Assembly (NCBI RefSeq): GCF_006345805.1
Contig: NC_043005.1
Span: 68,386,001 to 68,450,000 of the forward strand
Direction: 5' to 3'
DNA: 64,000 nucleotides
Source: Octopus sinensis
Lineage: Eukaryota
Under the pieces are notes generated by a model. That model ran no database searches. It had not been told where the DNA came from and saw nothing but the letters and a program-made list of their open reading frames with translations. Within the stretch, counting starts at the first letter, position 1. The number at the start of each line of letters is the position of its first letter. Both the position numbers and the translations under genes were made by a program. Of the stretch, positions 25,235 through 36,097 are shown one piece after another.

Positions 25235-25680
25235 GTACTTACTTGTACTTGTGGTGACATTCACCCTGAGCGGGTTGAGTTGGCTTCTTCTACCACCCTC
25301 GAGGCATCTCGAACCATGACAGTGGAAGAAATTTCGTGGGAATATGAATTTCACAAGCGGTCCCCAACTATCCCGCATGTAGAGACATCCTGTCTGCCGC
25401 AGATTGTCCGCAGACGCAGGGACAGAACGACCGAGGAGCCGCCGGTTGCCGAAACAGACACTCCGAGGATTTTCTGCCGGGTTGTGGCCCTAATCCCACT
25501 CGGTGTCAGACCAATCCGCCTTGGGTGATCCTACCAGGAACCGAAGTTCCCGACGGCATAGCTCTGACACTACCCGTTGCCAGCGTCTCCACCACGGTGA
25601 GGAGGGGATAGACTTAGGGGACGCAGCGGGCTAATATAAGTCGCCTGAGTATGCGATCCTGCATAGCCAAGAGGTCGAAC
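25235..25680 (-). mobile_element. Non-autonomous RTE derivative (5' UTR joined to 3' end, CAAGTA tail)
   Basis: 25235-25320 is nearly identical to the RTE 3' end at 50734-50822. The upstream GC-rich part has the RTE-type 5' UTR motif gagctatgcc..cctggtaggatcacccaagg. Confidence 0.7.
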
Positions 25681-26454
25681 AAAGTACACATATACAAGTT
25701 TGCATATACTGCACGGAAAAAATACGAATCTGAAGGTGTTGTTATGTCGTCTCCAGCCTCGGAAATGTCTGATAGTTTTACTCGTTTCTGAGAATTGATT
25801 CACACCTTTACAGCTATACAGCCACGCCAATGATTATCCTGTCAGTTTTATTTGTTCTTCATATTGTGGTTGTTGATTAAAAACAAAATGGTTGGCGTTA
25901 TAGACACAGGAACGAAATCCGAAAATAATGATTCTATCACTTATGGTTGTTCTACATCTCCATCAATTTATTAGCAACTTAACTAACCATATGCAAAGAC
26001 AAAAAGGAAAATAAACTGTCATGAAATGCAGCATTTTGAATGTAGGATTTGTTGGCTATGATATAAACAAGAGTCATCACCTTGTTATCCACTGTTCAAG
26101 TAACGAGGCAGCGATTATATGGTCACTTGGCCGGCTACACAGAGCAGCCACGCATCAATAAAATCATTGAATAATATAATACTTGATGGTCTTTTGATTT
26201 CTGTTGTACGTCAGTTTACCAAAACCATCTGACTCTTAGATACCTATTAACATACATTTTCTACGTACAAGTCTTGGGTACTTTTCAACAGTGAATCACC
26301 ATTTAACATGACATGAACTGAATGAACACACGCCACAATGTATATAAAAAAAAGCATTATTTTAACACGGCGCATGAACTTTTACCTCAACCTAATATTT
26401 GCTCAGATCAGGTCACTTGCTATGCAAGTACATCTCCCTAATATTTGGTGTCTT

Positions 26455-26590
26455 TAATATAGGCACAAGGCGTAAAATTTAAGGGTAGGTGTTAGTCGAT
26501 CTAATCGACTTCAGTATTTGGCGGGTATACTACTTCATCGACCACCTTAAGAATGAAAAGTAAAGTTGATATCTCTAGATTTGCAGCGAA
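26455..26590 (-). mobile_element. SINE family A fragment
   Basis: gtcgatctaatcgac..tacttcatcgac..gaatgaaaagtaaagttga. Confidence 0.65.
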
Positions 26591-27039
26591 CAGTAATGTC
26601 CCATCTTCCGTTTTGTTTCTCCAAGAGATTGACTTACTACGGGGGCTGTGTGTGTATGTGGGGGGGGGGGGCAAATTAAATATCAAACACAGCTATATCA
26701 TTAATCTGGAACCATATTTGAAGAAAGATGTAGGCACTAGCTTTATTATCATCATTATATTAAGAATTCCTGATCACTATTACTGTTCTGTGTAAGGAAC
26801 ATAATTTTATGAAGAAGTGAGATGGTTACGGGGATGCATAGCAACACATCAACAATAACACCTTATTATAACCATACAAATTTCTTTATAAAGTCAACTC
26901 TTTCCACAACACTAAAATAGTCACTACACATGTCAAACAATTCTTTTCTTTAAATGACAAATATATTTACGAGGAAAACAGTTGAAATGCTCTCCCACAA
27001 TTGTCTCTTCTGAAATTTCTGATGTTATTGTATAGAAAC

Positions 27040-27200
27040 TACATCCACAACATTGCTGAAGCTACTTCCAAGTATTTAGGCTTTCTTCTTAATGCTAAAA
27101 CCTTCTTCTGCTCTCGGTATTTTCTTGTAATCACCGAACCACAACTGGAACATAGAGTAGTACCGCTGCCATACAGGTAAATAGTTTAGACTGCATATGA
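27040..27200 (+). mobile_element. Possible CR1/L2-type LINE RT C-terminal remnant
   Basis: attgctgaagctacttccaagtatttaggctttc and VITEPQLEH resemble the KA..LG and VRPHLEY motifs. Confidence 0.35.
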
Positions 27201-29185
27201 AACAAAAATATATCTACCTAATCGGCAAAGAATTATTCATCATCTCGCTGTGACCACCAATGCACTGACGAGTTGAATCCGTTCCCCGTCTATAGGTATT
27301 TCTGCTATCTATCCAGTTTGAAATAATCTTTTAATGTCATTGCTTACAGCTACACTTATGCAATGATTGCAACACTCGTAAGACACTATAGCAGAGCTTT
27401 ACTACCAATGTTTGGCGTAATTTGCTGTATTGTAGACCTTCGGACTAAACCTTATCGGTTCTTTCCTTACACTCAAGAACCTATTTAATGAAAAAAAAAA
27501 AAATATGACATTTTTCAATCAAAGAATATTGAACCCTCAGTTTTATCATTTTTTGGTATTTATAGAGTTGGTGAAATGTGCTTTGATATATGAAATAAGC
27601 AATGTAAAAAAATTACTGATGTGACGCCGTCGCCGCCGCCGACGACGATGACAACGACGACGATGGAAATGGTAACGATGTAAGGACAATAATACGCATG
27701 CTACAGCTGAAATGGAATCCATAGTAACAACGAAGCTGAAGATCATTTTCACGAAAGAAAATCAATATTTCATTGTTGTTATTGTGGTTGTCGTTGTTGC
27801 TGTTGTTTTCGTTTGCATCTTCCTTCTCTTTTCCCTTATCATTACAGTCATTATGATTGTCCACTTGTGTTGCAAAGCGAAGAAAATTTAAGAGAGAAAA
27901 CTCCCAGGACAATATACATTAATATTAATTTACTCAGTTAATGAGCTTGAACCTTGGCCAGTCTTACAATGCAAGATTGTATTCAATGATTGAATATACC
28001 ATGCGATGCTATTGCTCTCTCTATTGGCTGGAAACCTCCAAAACTCAGTCCATCTAGCCTACTATATCTAGCAGTGAGAGAGGCAATGACGTAAACACAG
28101 TTGTATATGCATCCACATAGAACCCATTGATAATGATATCTAATTAGGCATGGGAACCAATGCCGACTGAGACTTTAACATGCCAATCAATTATTTGAAG
28201 AGTCAATGGTTTGTATTTTGCCTCTGTACATTGTGCAAGACAACAAACGCAACAGCAAATAAAAACGAAAGCAAAATTTAAAACAGCGAATAAATGTCTA
28301 TCGCAATATCCCCGTCTACTTAACTGTAAATAAATGTCATAGTAGATGCACATGAATTGAACAAGGCCGTACCCTTTCTCCTCTGAGTTAGCCATAGCAG
28401 CATATCTCATTTATTATTTCACTATAAAGCTGCTAGCGAAAATAACTAACAGTTTACACCAGTAGGAATAATGGCAGAAGCTTCACAAATCGTAGTGATC
28501 TCAACATCGGCAGCAACAGAACAATTAACAACAAGAGACGGGTTCCGACTTTTCAACTTACAGTTGTTCTGTTATTGGAAGTTGACTTGTATTCAATTGT
28601 ACAAACTCCAAAGATTCAACAGAAAAATACTGGTATTCCACTATTGCTTTGCATTATTATGATTTAATGATAAATTCTCATTCAAACTAAATTATAGTCT
28701 TGAGCAAACCTATGAAGAAACAGTTATTGTTTTAGAAAATGAAAGCAAAATTCGAAAACTTACGAATATTTGAATGATTCAATTAATTTCTCTACGTCTA
28801 CGTGTCAAGAGACTGTAAATTTCTCCTCTACATTCTGTTTTTACTGAAATGAAATTTATCTTTATATATAATTTGAAAAGCTTTGATTCTATCAAGAACA
28901 ATAGTCTAGCATAAACATTATCTTTAATACAAACTATATAATTCTTAGTAGGTCGTTAGGTTATATTGTTATTTATTTATTAGTTATTTATGTTTGATCT
29001 GAATGACATCGGAAAAATTTGCTGCTCGCTGTCACGATCGAAATATATTTGTCTGGCCCGTTAATTTAAATAAATTGAAGTAAAACATCACGTGAGTTGT
29101 GAAGAAAATCATTCATCACTACCTCTGTTCAGCAAAACAGCGACACAACAAAAGATATTTATAACAGTAACTTAGAGTTATTACA

Positions 29186-29186
<1 letters not shown>

Positions 29187-29268
<82 letters not shown>

Positions 29269-29280
29269 AAGAAGAAGAAG
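29187..29280. repeat. (AAT)n-(AAG)n compound microsatellite
   Basis: Consecutive pure trinucleotide runs. Confidence 0.95.
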
Positions 29281-29592
29281 GAAAACAGCAACAATAAATA
29301 CGAGCAAAAATGTTAGTTTTTTCATTCAACAGAGACTGGAAGTTGTGAAATACAAGATGGTAGAGTGATATCTATAAAATATAAGGTATTGAAATACTTC
29401 GATTGACATATATTATCTATGCAATCCGTGAACAGAATCTCCATTTAATATTTAAAAACTCTGAGTTACGATCAGTTAACAAATACTTTTGAAAAAGGAA
29501 AAAGCATACAGCTGTAATTGGTCTGGTTTATAAAACCAGCTCAAGAAAAGCAGGGGGCAGATTCACATTTATTGTATTCACACACGAAGCAA

Positions 29593-29614
29593 AATGTGTT
29601 TAGGTGGCAAGAAC

Positions 29615-29658
<44 letters not shown>

Positions 29659-29680
29659 GTTCTTGCCACCTAAACACATT
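29593..29680. repeat. Perfect 88-bp palindrome centred on (TA)n
   Basis: aatgtgtttaggtggcaagaacaaggta-(ta)n-taccttgttcttgccacctaaacacatt. Confidence 0.95.
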
Positions 29681-30129
29681 ATATATATATATATATATAT
29701 ATATATCTTTATAGATACATAAATAACTGTGAAACTCGTCCTGTTATAGTCTCTCTTATAGACGTACAGTGTTAAAAGCATAAAATTATATCAATATATA
29801 AGGACAAAATCCATTGATAGTGGTATAGTGAAACTCATTAAAAAAAAATCACTCATTATGCAATTAGCCGGCAAGCGGTTGCTAGTGAATATATGCTCTT
29901 GATGAAGCCCAATATGCAGAAATGCACATTTAACAATACCCCAACTCGATGATGTCTACCTGGTAATTTTGTATTTTTGCGTTTTTAACACTGAACCTGT
30001 AGAGAAGAAACTAGCACAGGACGCATACCGTAGTTAATTTGACTCACAGTGTCTCAATGATAAATCTGCTTTAAGTATGAATCGGAGATTGCTATTACAA
30101 ATTAATGCTGGTCCTGTCGCACATAAACT

Positions 30130-30197
<68 letters not shown>

Positions 30198-31282
30198 TGT
30201 ATGTAAGAAATACAAATAAAAACATAAATAGGAGAAACGAGATACATAATTTAGAATAAAATAAGTTTAAACTATGATCAATTATGAAATGTAAAATGAT
30301 GGTAAACAAAACAAATAGTAATTAAGAGTAAAAGTAATAAAATAATATTAAAGTGTATTAAAAGTTATTAAGATATTAAAACAATGACAAAGCAATATAA
30401 TTAAATCAAAATATTCTGTCGTGCATTATACGCAATTTAAGCCCTTTCAACAGATTATTTGTATTACTGTCTCTATTTCATTTGGAATTGTTTCTATGAC
30501 TTGTGTAATTTGATTTTTCGTGAAACGTAACCTTACAGTATATTTATTCTGTATAGAAGCATTTCTATAAGTTCTACAGAAGTCATCCCCATAATGGATA
30601 AACATTTTTGGTTTTTGTTCTGTTTAATAGTAAAGTGCGTTTAGTTCACATTACCTTTAGTGTTTCTCGTCTACAAAGAATCAATATTTCCTATAGAATT
30701 TAATATAGACGATTCTAAATTAGAACTTACGCCTACGAAATTTAGAGTAAGAATATGTTCAGCAAGAATTCTTCACTTTTTTATTTTCGAGTTCATAACG
30801 TTTACATTCGAGAACGAGTTAGAGTGAAAATCATATCTTCTATAAAATTCTTCATTATATCCTATATAACAATTGGATTAATTATGATTTTCTACAATAT
30901 ATTAGTATATATCAATGTTGCTCTTACAACGACACTGTCAGTTACACTTTAATGGGCAAGTATCAATTACTCTACAGACACAATGAAACTTATTGGATTA
31001 TTATTGAAATTATTGGACGTATTGAACTTATTGGATTATTATAAAAAAACATAATGTTACATAGTTTTCGAATCTATAGAGTCTGGAGGCCTCAAATTGA
31101 ATTATTGTTTATGTATTTACTGCTAGAAATACCTTTGATATTATTATAACCAAATACTGATTGGCTATTTCACTGATTACTAGTTGTAATGCTTATGGAC
31201 AGAATTCCTTTAGAGACCAGTCGAGTATCACAACTGTTTGTATCAGGATGGTTACTATAAATGCATTGTGAGCTATCGTTTT

Positions 31283-32274
31283 GTGGTTAGAGGAATATTC
31301 TGAGTTCGATTCCAAGCAGTGACCTGAATAATAATAACAATAATAATAATAATAATAATAATAATATAATAATAATAATAATAAAGCAAGACGTGACAGA
31401 GTCGGCCAGTATTTACACTGGACAATGAACTACCAAGCCAATGTTATAAAAAATGGAGCTGACCCAAAATGCCGATTCTGAAACAATGAGATCGAAACTA
31501 TAGACCACCTAATTTCAGGGTGTAGAGTCTTAGCACCTGTAGAATATAAAGCAAGACATGTCAGAGTCGGCCAGTATTTACACTGAACAATATGTCGGCA
31601 TTATAAAATAAAAACCGCTGACAAATTGTATAAACACCTTCCTGAAGCTGTGACTGAGGGAGAAAATGTGTCGATTCTCTGGGACTTCCTCGTACATACC
31701 GACAAAACTATAAAAGCTAATAAACCGGATATTATTATAATAGATCAGACAAAAAGGTGCGTTTTATGAATTGACATGAGTATTCCTTGCGATCACAATA
31801 TAGCGGCGAAAGAATTAGACAATATTCAGTAAATATAAAGACTTGTTAATAGAAATTGAAAGAAAATGTGGCATCTCAAGGCGACTCATGTACTGAAAAG
31901 AGCATTATCACTGTGAAAGCAACATCCATTCATGAATTTATTTATTTATTTATTAATATCTTAAAAAACATATTTTACTTGTGAATTTGCGTGTGTAATC
32001 TGGGAATGTATACGATGAGCTTCTCTGCCCTAGGTATACGGAAAACACTCGGCGAGAAATGGAAGAAAATTTGAAGAAAGCAGAAAAAAAATAATAATGA
32101 TAATAACATCGAAAAATCCCTTAGGAATGAGAACCCAGGTTCGAAACCTCCCCAAGCCACTTGTTGAAGGCTTGAGGGTATGTCAGTCGAAATTTTGTGT
32201 TATCAAACAAAACGAGGACAAATTTAAATAATGTAAATAATGTATATAATTTCTCATCTATGAAATATAGAACC

Positions 32275-32275
<1 letters not shown>
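31283..32275 (+). mobile_element. SINE family D split by a nested LINE insertion (left half 31283-31383, right half 32090-32275)
   Basis: Left: ttctgagttcgattcc B-box followed by (AAT)n. Right: (aat)n-catcgaaaaatcccttaggaatgagaacccagg..aaatatagaacc, colinear with 54782-55020. Confidence 0.8.
31384..32090 (+). mobile_element. 5'-truncated R4/Dong-type non-LTR retrotransposon (CCHC plus restriction-like endonuclease and 3' UTR)
   Basis: DPKCRF..ETIDHLISGC..YKARH.RVGQYLH..ILWDF..DKTIKANKPDIII..IDMSIP..KYKDLLIEI..MWHLKAT..HVLKRALSL*. (AAT)n on both sides. Confidence 0.88.
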
Positions 32276-32320
<45 letters not shown>

Positions 32321-32321
<1 letters not shown>

Positions 32322-33070
32322 CAAAAAATGACAAGATCTACAGGACTTGCTAGCAATTGTTAAACAGTGCATTGATGGCATCAGGATGCAATTTGGCCTC
32401 GATTAATGTGCAAAAGCTACCTTTATCAGAGGAAAAAATGATAGAAACTCCCAAAGTTAATCTTGACCAATAGAATGTCATAGAGGAGAGCTAGAAATAC
32501 GTAGCGGTATTTGAAGGTGATGGAATCAGACATTCAATGATGAGGGAAAGGATCAGTAACGAATGTTATCGCAGGGTAAGTGCAATACTCAAGACAGAGA
32601 TGAATACAAGAAACAGGATCGAAGCGATCACTACTTTAGCCATACCAATCGCGACTTACAATTTCAATATCATTAACTGGTCAATTACTGAAATATGTAA
32701 TCTTGACAGAAAAATACGAAAATTGTTGACAATGCATAGAATGCACCAGCCTATGGTAGATATAAAACGATTTTACCTGTCAAGAAAAGAGGGTGGCCAT
32801 GGACTTTTACAACTAGAATTAACTATGAAGATTACCATAATTAGCCTAAACACTTACCTGAAAAACTCTGATGGCTGGATGTTAAAACTTGTCTTAAAGC
32901 ACAAAAATAAGAAAACATCATACTCAGTAATAAAACAGGCAAAGGAATATAATTCCAAATACAACAATACCAAGAATTAGACATATTGGAAACAAGCACA
33001 GAAAAAGCTAAGCGTATGATAACCCGTGCTAAAAACTGCTGCCTTAGATTTTCTTACTGATAAATGGCAG
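32321..33070 (+). mobile_element. R4/Dong-type non-LTR retrotransposon RT fragment
   Basis: ORF 32537-32980 reads ECYRRVSAILKTEMNTRNRIEAITTLAIP..LDRKIRKLLTMHRMHQPMVDIKRFYLSRKEGGHGL. The fragment begins directly after (TAA)n at 32278-32320. Confidence 0.88.
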
Positions 33071-33107
33071 TAAGAATATATATATGATTATATATAAATG
33101 GCCGTAA

Positions 33108-33149
<42 letters not shown>

Positions 33150-33300
33150 TATATATATATAAAGAATGGGGGTTTAGTTCACAGGTGATCTAAACGATTA
33201 GACATGCTTGGTCAGTGTTGTAACGTCTTACTAGGGCTCCAAGGTTGTAGCCAAGACGGCAGTTATGGAGCCATTGCAGATTCCCGATATAGCGGATATA

Positions 33301-33643
33301 TAATTCTTAAAGAGGATAACAAACGTTAAGGCAAGTCAAACATCTCAAGTCTATACATTATTATTATTGGAAAAAATTCAGTCTTACAGCTGTTTCTGGA
33401 ATATCGCAGAGTATGGGATATTCCGTCATCGGAGACAAATAGGGAAAATGAGAAGAGTATAGATTAATGAAATAACATTATTTCATTAATCTATACTCTT
33501 CTCACTTTCCCTGTTAGTCTCTGATGACGGAATATCCCATGCTCTGGGGTATGCTGGAAATAGCTTTAAGGATTTGAATTTTGTCTAATAATGACTTGAG
33601 ATTTTAGCCTTGCCTTAATATTTGTTGTCCTCTTTAATAATTA
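33301..33643. mobile_element. Inverted pair of Penelope-type terminal repeats, each with a degenerate type I hammerhead ribozyme
   Basis: Arms of ~170 bp, roughly 85% complementary, with a 2-nt centre (33476-33477). Right arm: CTGATGA at 33521 and GAAA at 33557. Left arm on the minus strand: CCGATGA..GAAAC-AGCT-GTA-agact. Confidence 0.7.
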
Positions 33644-34357
33644 TGTATATATATATATATATATGCGCGTGTTTACACACACACACACACACACACGCAT
33701 ATATATATATACATATACATGTGTGTGTGTATGTGAAGTTCGGCCTTGCGGATAAAGTCGGCTACATTTTTCTCACATTAGTGAATGTCTTCGAATGTAA
33801 TCAACCTCACTGAGAGCTTGGGTAGAATTCTTACGTCGAACAACTGGAGGGTTTTAGCTGTTTCTGTTTCAAAGGAAAATTTTATGCAATATACTTCATT
33901 GCATTAACTTTGAAAAAAACAAACAAACAAATACTGAATGCTTAATGTATTTTTATTCAATGATCTATAAAAAGTTCAATTACGTCTCAGTTTTCCAAAC
34001 CGCATCTGCGGAACTGGCAACTATCTCTTCCATTTAAATGTATATTAATACATTCATATTAATCCAGTTTAAAATGATAATGCTATTTACTCTATGTGTT
34101 ATTATACAGATCAGTGAGGTTAATGGTAGAAATGGATAAAGTTAAATAAAACTTGATATGGGAGAGTGTACTTCAATAGTGTTATTCTTACTTTGTGCTC
34201 AGAATAATCTCATTTATAATGTAATCGGATTAGTTAAGAATGGACGTGTGAATAAAGTTTTGATGAACATACTTATTTTATTATCTTTTTCTGCATTAAG
34301 CAAGACAGTCATTCTAGATATTTGATTTATATGTTTTCTGTAAAGTCATGTCCTCAC

Positions 34358-34435
34358 CTTTGTTTGGCTTGGGCCTTCAAAAGAAGTCGGATCCATTGTT
34401 TCCAACCATTGGTTTGCAATCTTGACGCAAGCAGC
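34358..34435 (-). CDS. Candidate isolated 78-nt exon of an unidentified host gene
   Basis: Minus strand: tttaacctcattctttgtcag|GCTGC...CAAAG|gtgagg. Open in two frames (AACVKIANQWLETMDPTSFEGPSQTK or LLASRLQTNGWKQWIRLLLKAQAKQ). No homology recognised. Confidence 0.3.
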
Positions 34436-34760
34436 CTGACAAAGAATGAGGTTAAAATCATAGTATTAATCAAGTAAGCTTATTTAATGAAAAATATCTG
34501 GTTAAGTATAAACCAACTTATCGATAGCTTGGATTATGTTTAACTAGATATTTTTCTCATACAATTTTCGGGGTGTCGTCGGTTATACAGAAAGATGGTC
34601 ACTGGTTGCATGAGATTTTGTGCAAGAAATGTTACTTGTGAGTGAACATATTTTTTGTTTGAAAGGTAAAATAATTCGGCGTATTTAAGCATTAGTTGCG
34701 TCTTGTCGATTAGTATTAATTAGGTCAATGTACTTAAGAGAGGTCAATGCTTTTAAGAAA

Positions 34761-34934
34761 ATTTTCATACGTGTTTAAAATTTTAAACACGTATGAAAAT
34801 ACTCCTCGATAGGCTAAAAAAAACACAATGCTCATATATTCACTAGAGCTACGGAACCGTCCACGACGTCGTGGACGGCTCCGTAGCTCTAGTGAATATA
34901 TGAGCATTGTGTTTTTTTAGTCTATCGGGGAGTA
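34761..34934. repeat. Two abutting spacerless palindromes (40 bp perfect; 135 bp near-perfect, TA-bounded)
   Basis: 34761-34800 is a perfect palindrome. 34800-34934 is centred at 34867/34868 with 3 substitutions and a 1-nt homopolymer difference. Confidence 0.95.
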
Positions 34935-35108
34935 TGCGTGGTAGGGGTTTTGATACGTAGAGAAAGAATGTGCATACGACATATGTTTGGATTTCTAATG
35001 TAAGAAGTATTTTCCACTTAGACAGGTTTAGTTGCTTTTATAGATCCATTTTGAGATACTAGACCTTAAAGTCTCCTACGTCAACTTTAATTTTAAAAAC
35101 AACTTGCG

Positions 35109-35154
<46 letters not shown>

Positions 35155-35578
35155 CAACAATCAAGGAACGGCCATAATAGGCCATTCACCACTAGAAATA
35201 ACAGCCAAAGCTTCAACCGCAAATAAAAATCAATTCCGTAAACAGGAGAAAATTTAAAAAACATTTACCCTGTAATTTCTTATACGATGCACCGTTTCAT
35301 CTGCTGTTTAATGGTAAACTAACCTGATTAAATTAAATCAGGCCAATCTTCCATAGGCCCTCAGATTCTTCAGTAAGAAATAGCCACAAGTCGGAACAGA
35401 TATTTTCACGAGGCATTTCCGACCCTGCCAAGGTAATATCTGACCTAAAATTTTCAAATCATCGCACTCGCGCCAAATTTATCGGCAGCAAATAAATATA
35501 AGCCGTCGATTCCATTACGGAATTAACCAGAAAATTCATAATTAATCAATAATTTTTTCCCACTAGGCCGCTGGTGGA

Positions 35579-35624
<46 letters not shown>

Positions 35625-35639
35625 ACATACATATATATT

Positions 35640-36097
35640 GGCGCAGGATTGGCTGCGTGGTAAGTAGCTTGGTTATGAATCACATGCTTCTGGGTTCAGT
35701 CCCACTGCGTGGCACCTTGGGCAAGTGTCTTCTACTATAGCTTCGGACTGACCAAAGCGTTGTGAGTGGATTTGGTTGACGGAAACTGAAAGAAGCCCGT
35801 CGTATATATGTATATATATATATATGCATACATACATGCATACATGCATACATACACACATACATATATATATATATGTATGAGTGTGTATATGTTTGTG
35901 TGTCTGTGTTTGTCACCCCAACATCGCTTGACAACCGATGTCTACGTCCCCGTAACTTAGCGGTTCGGCAAAAGAGACCGATAGAATAAGTAATAGACTT
36001 ACAAAGAATAAGTCCTGGGGTCGATTTGCCCGACTAAATGCGGTGCTCCAGCATGGCCACAGTCATATGACTGAAACTAGTAAAAGAGCAAAGAGTA
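35640..36097 (+). mobile_element. SINE family B, full length
   Basis: ggcgcaggattggctgcgtggtaag..gggttcagtccc tRNA-like head, ccttgggcaagtgtcttct CORE-like segment, internal microsatellite, tgactgaaactagtaaaagag tail. Confidence 0.92.

Noticed and set aside
30700-31100. Very AT-rich stretch considered as a possible NUMT
   Set aside because: No mitochondrial gene, tRNA or rRNA motif recognised.
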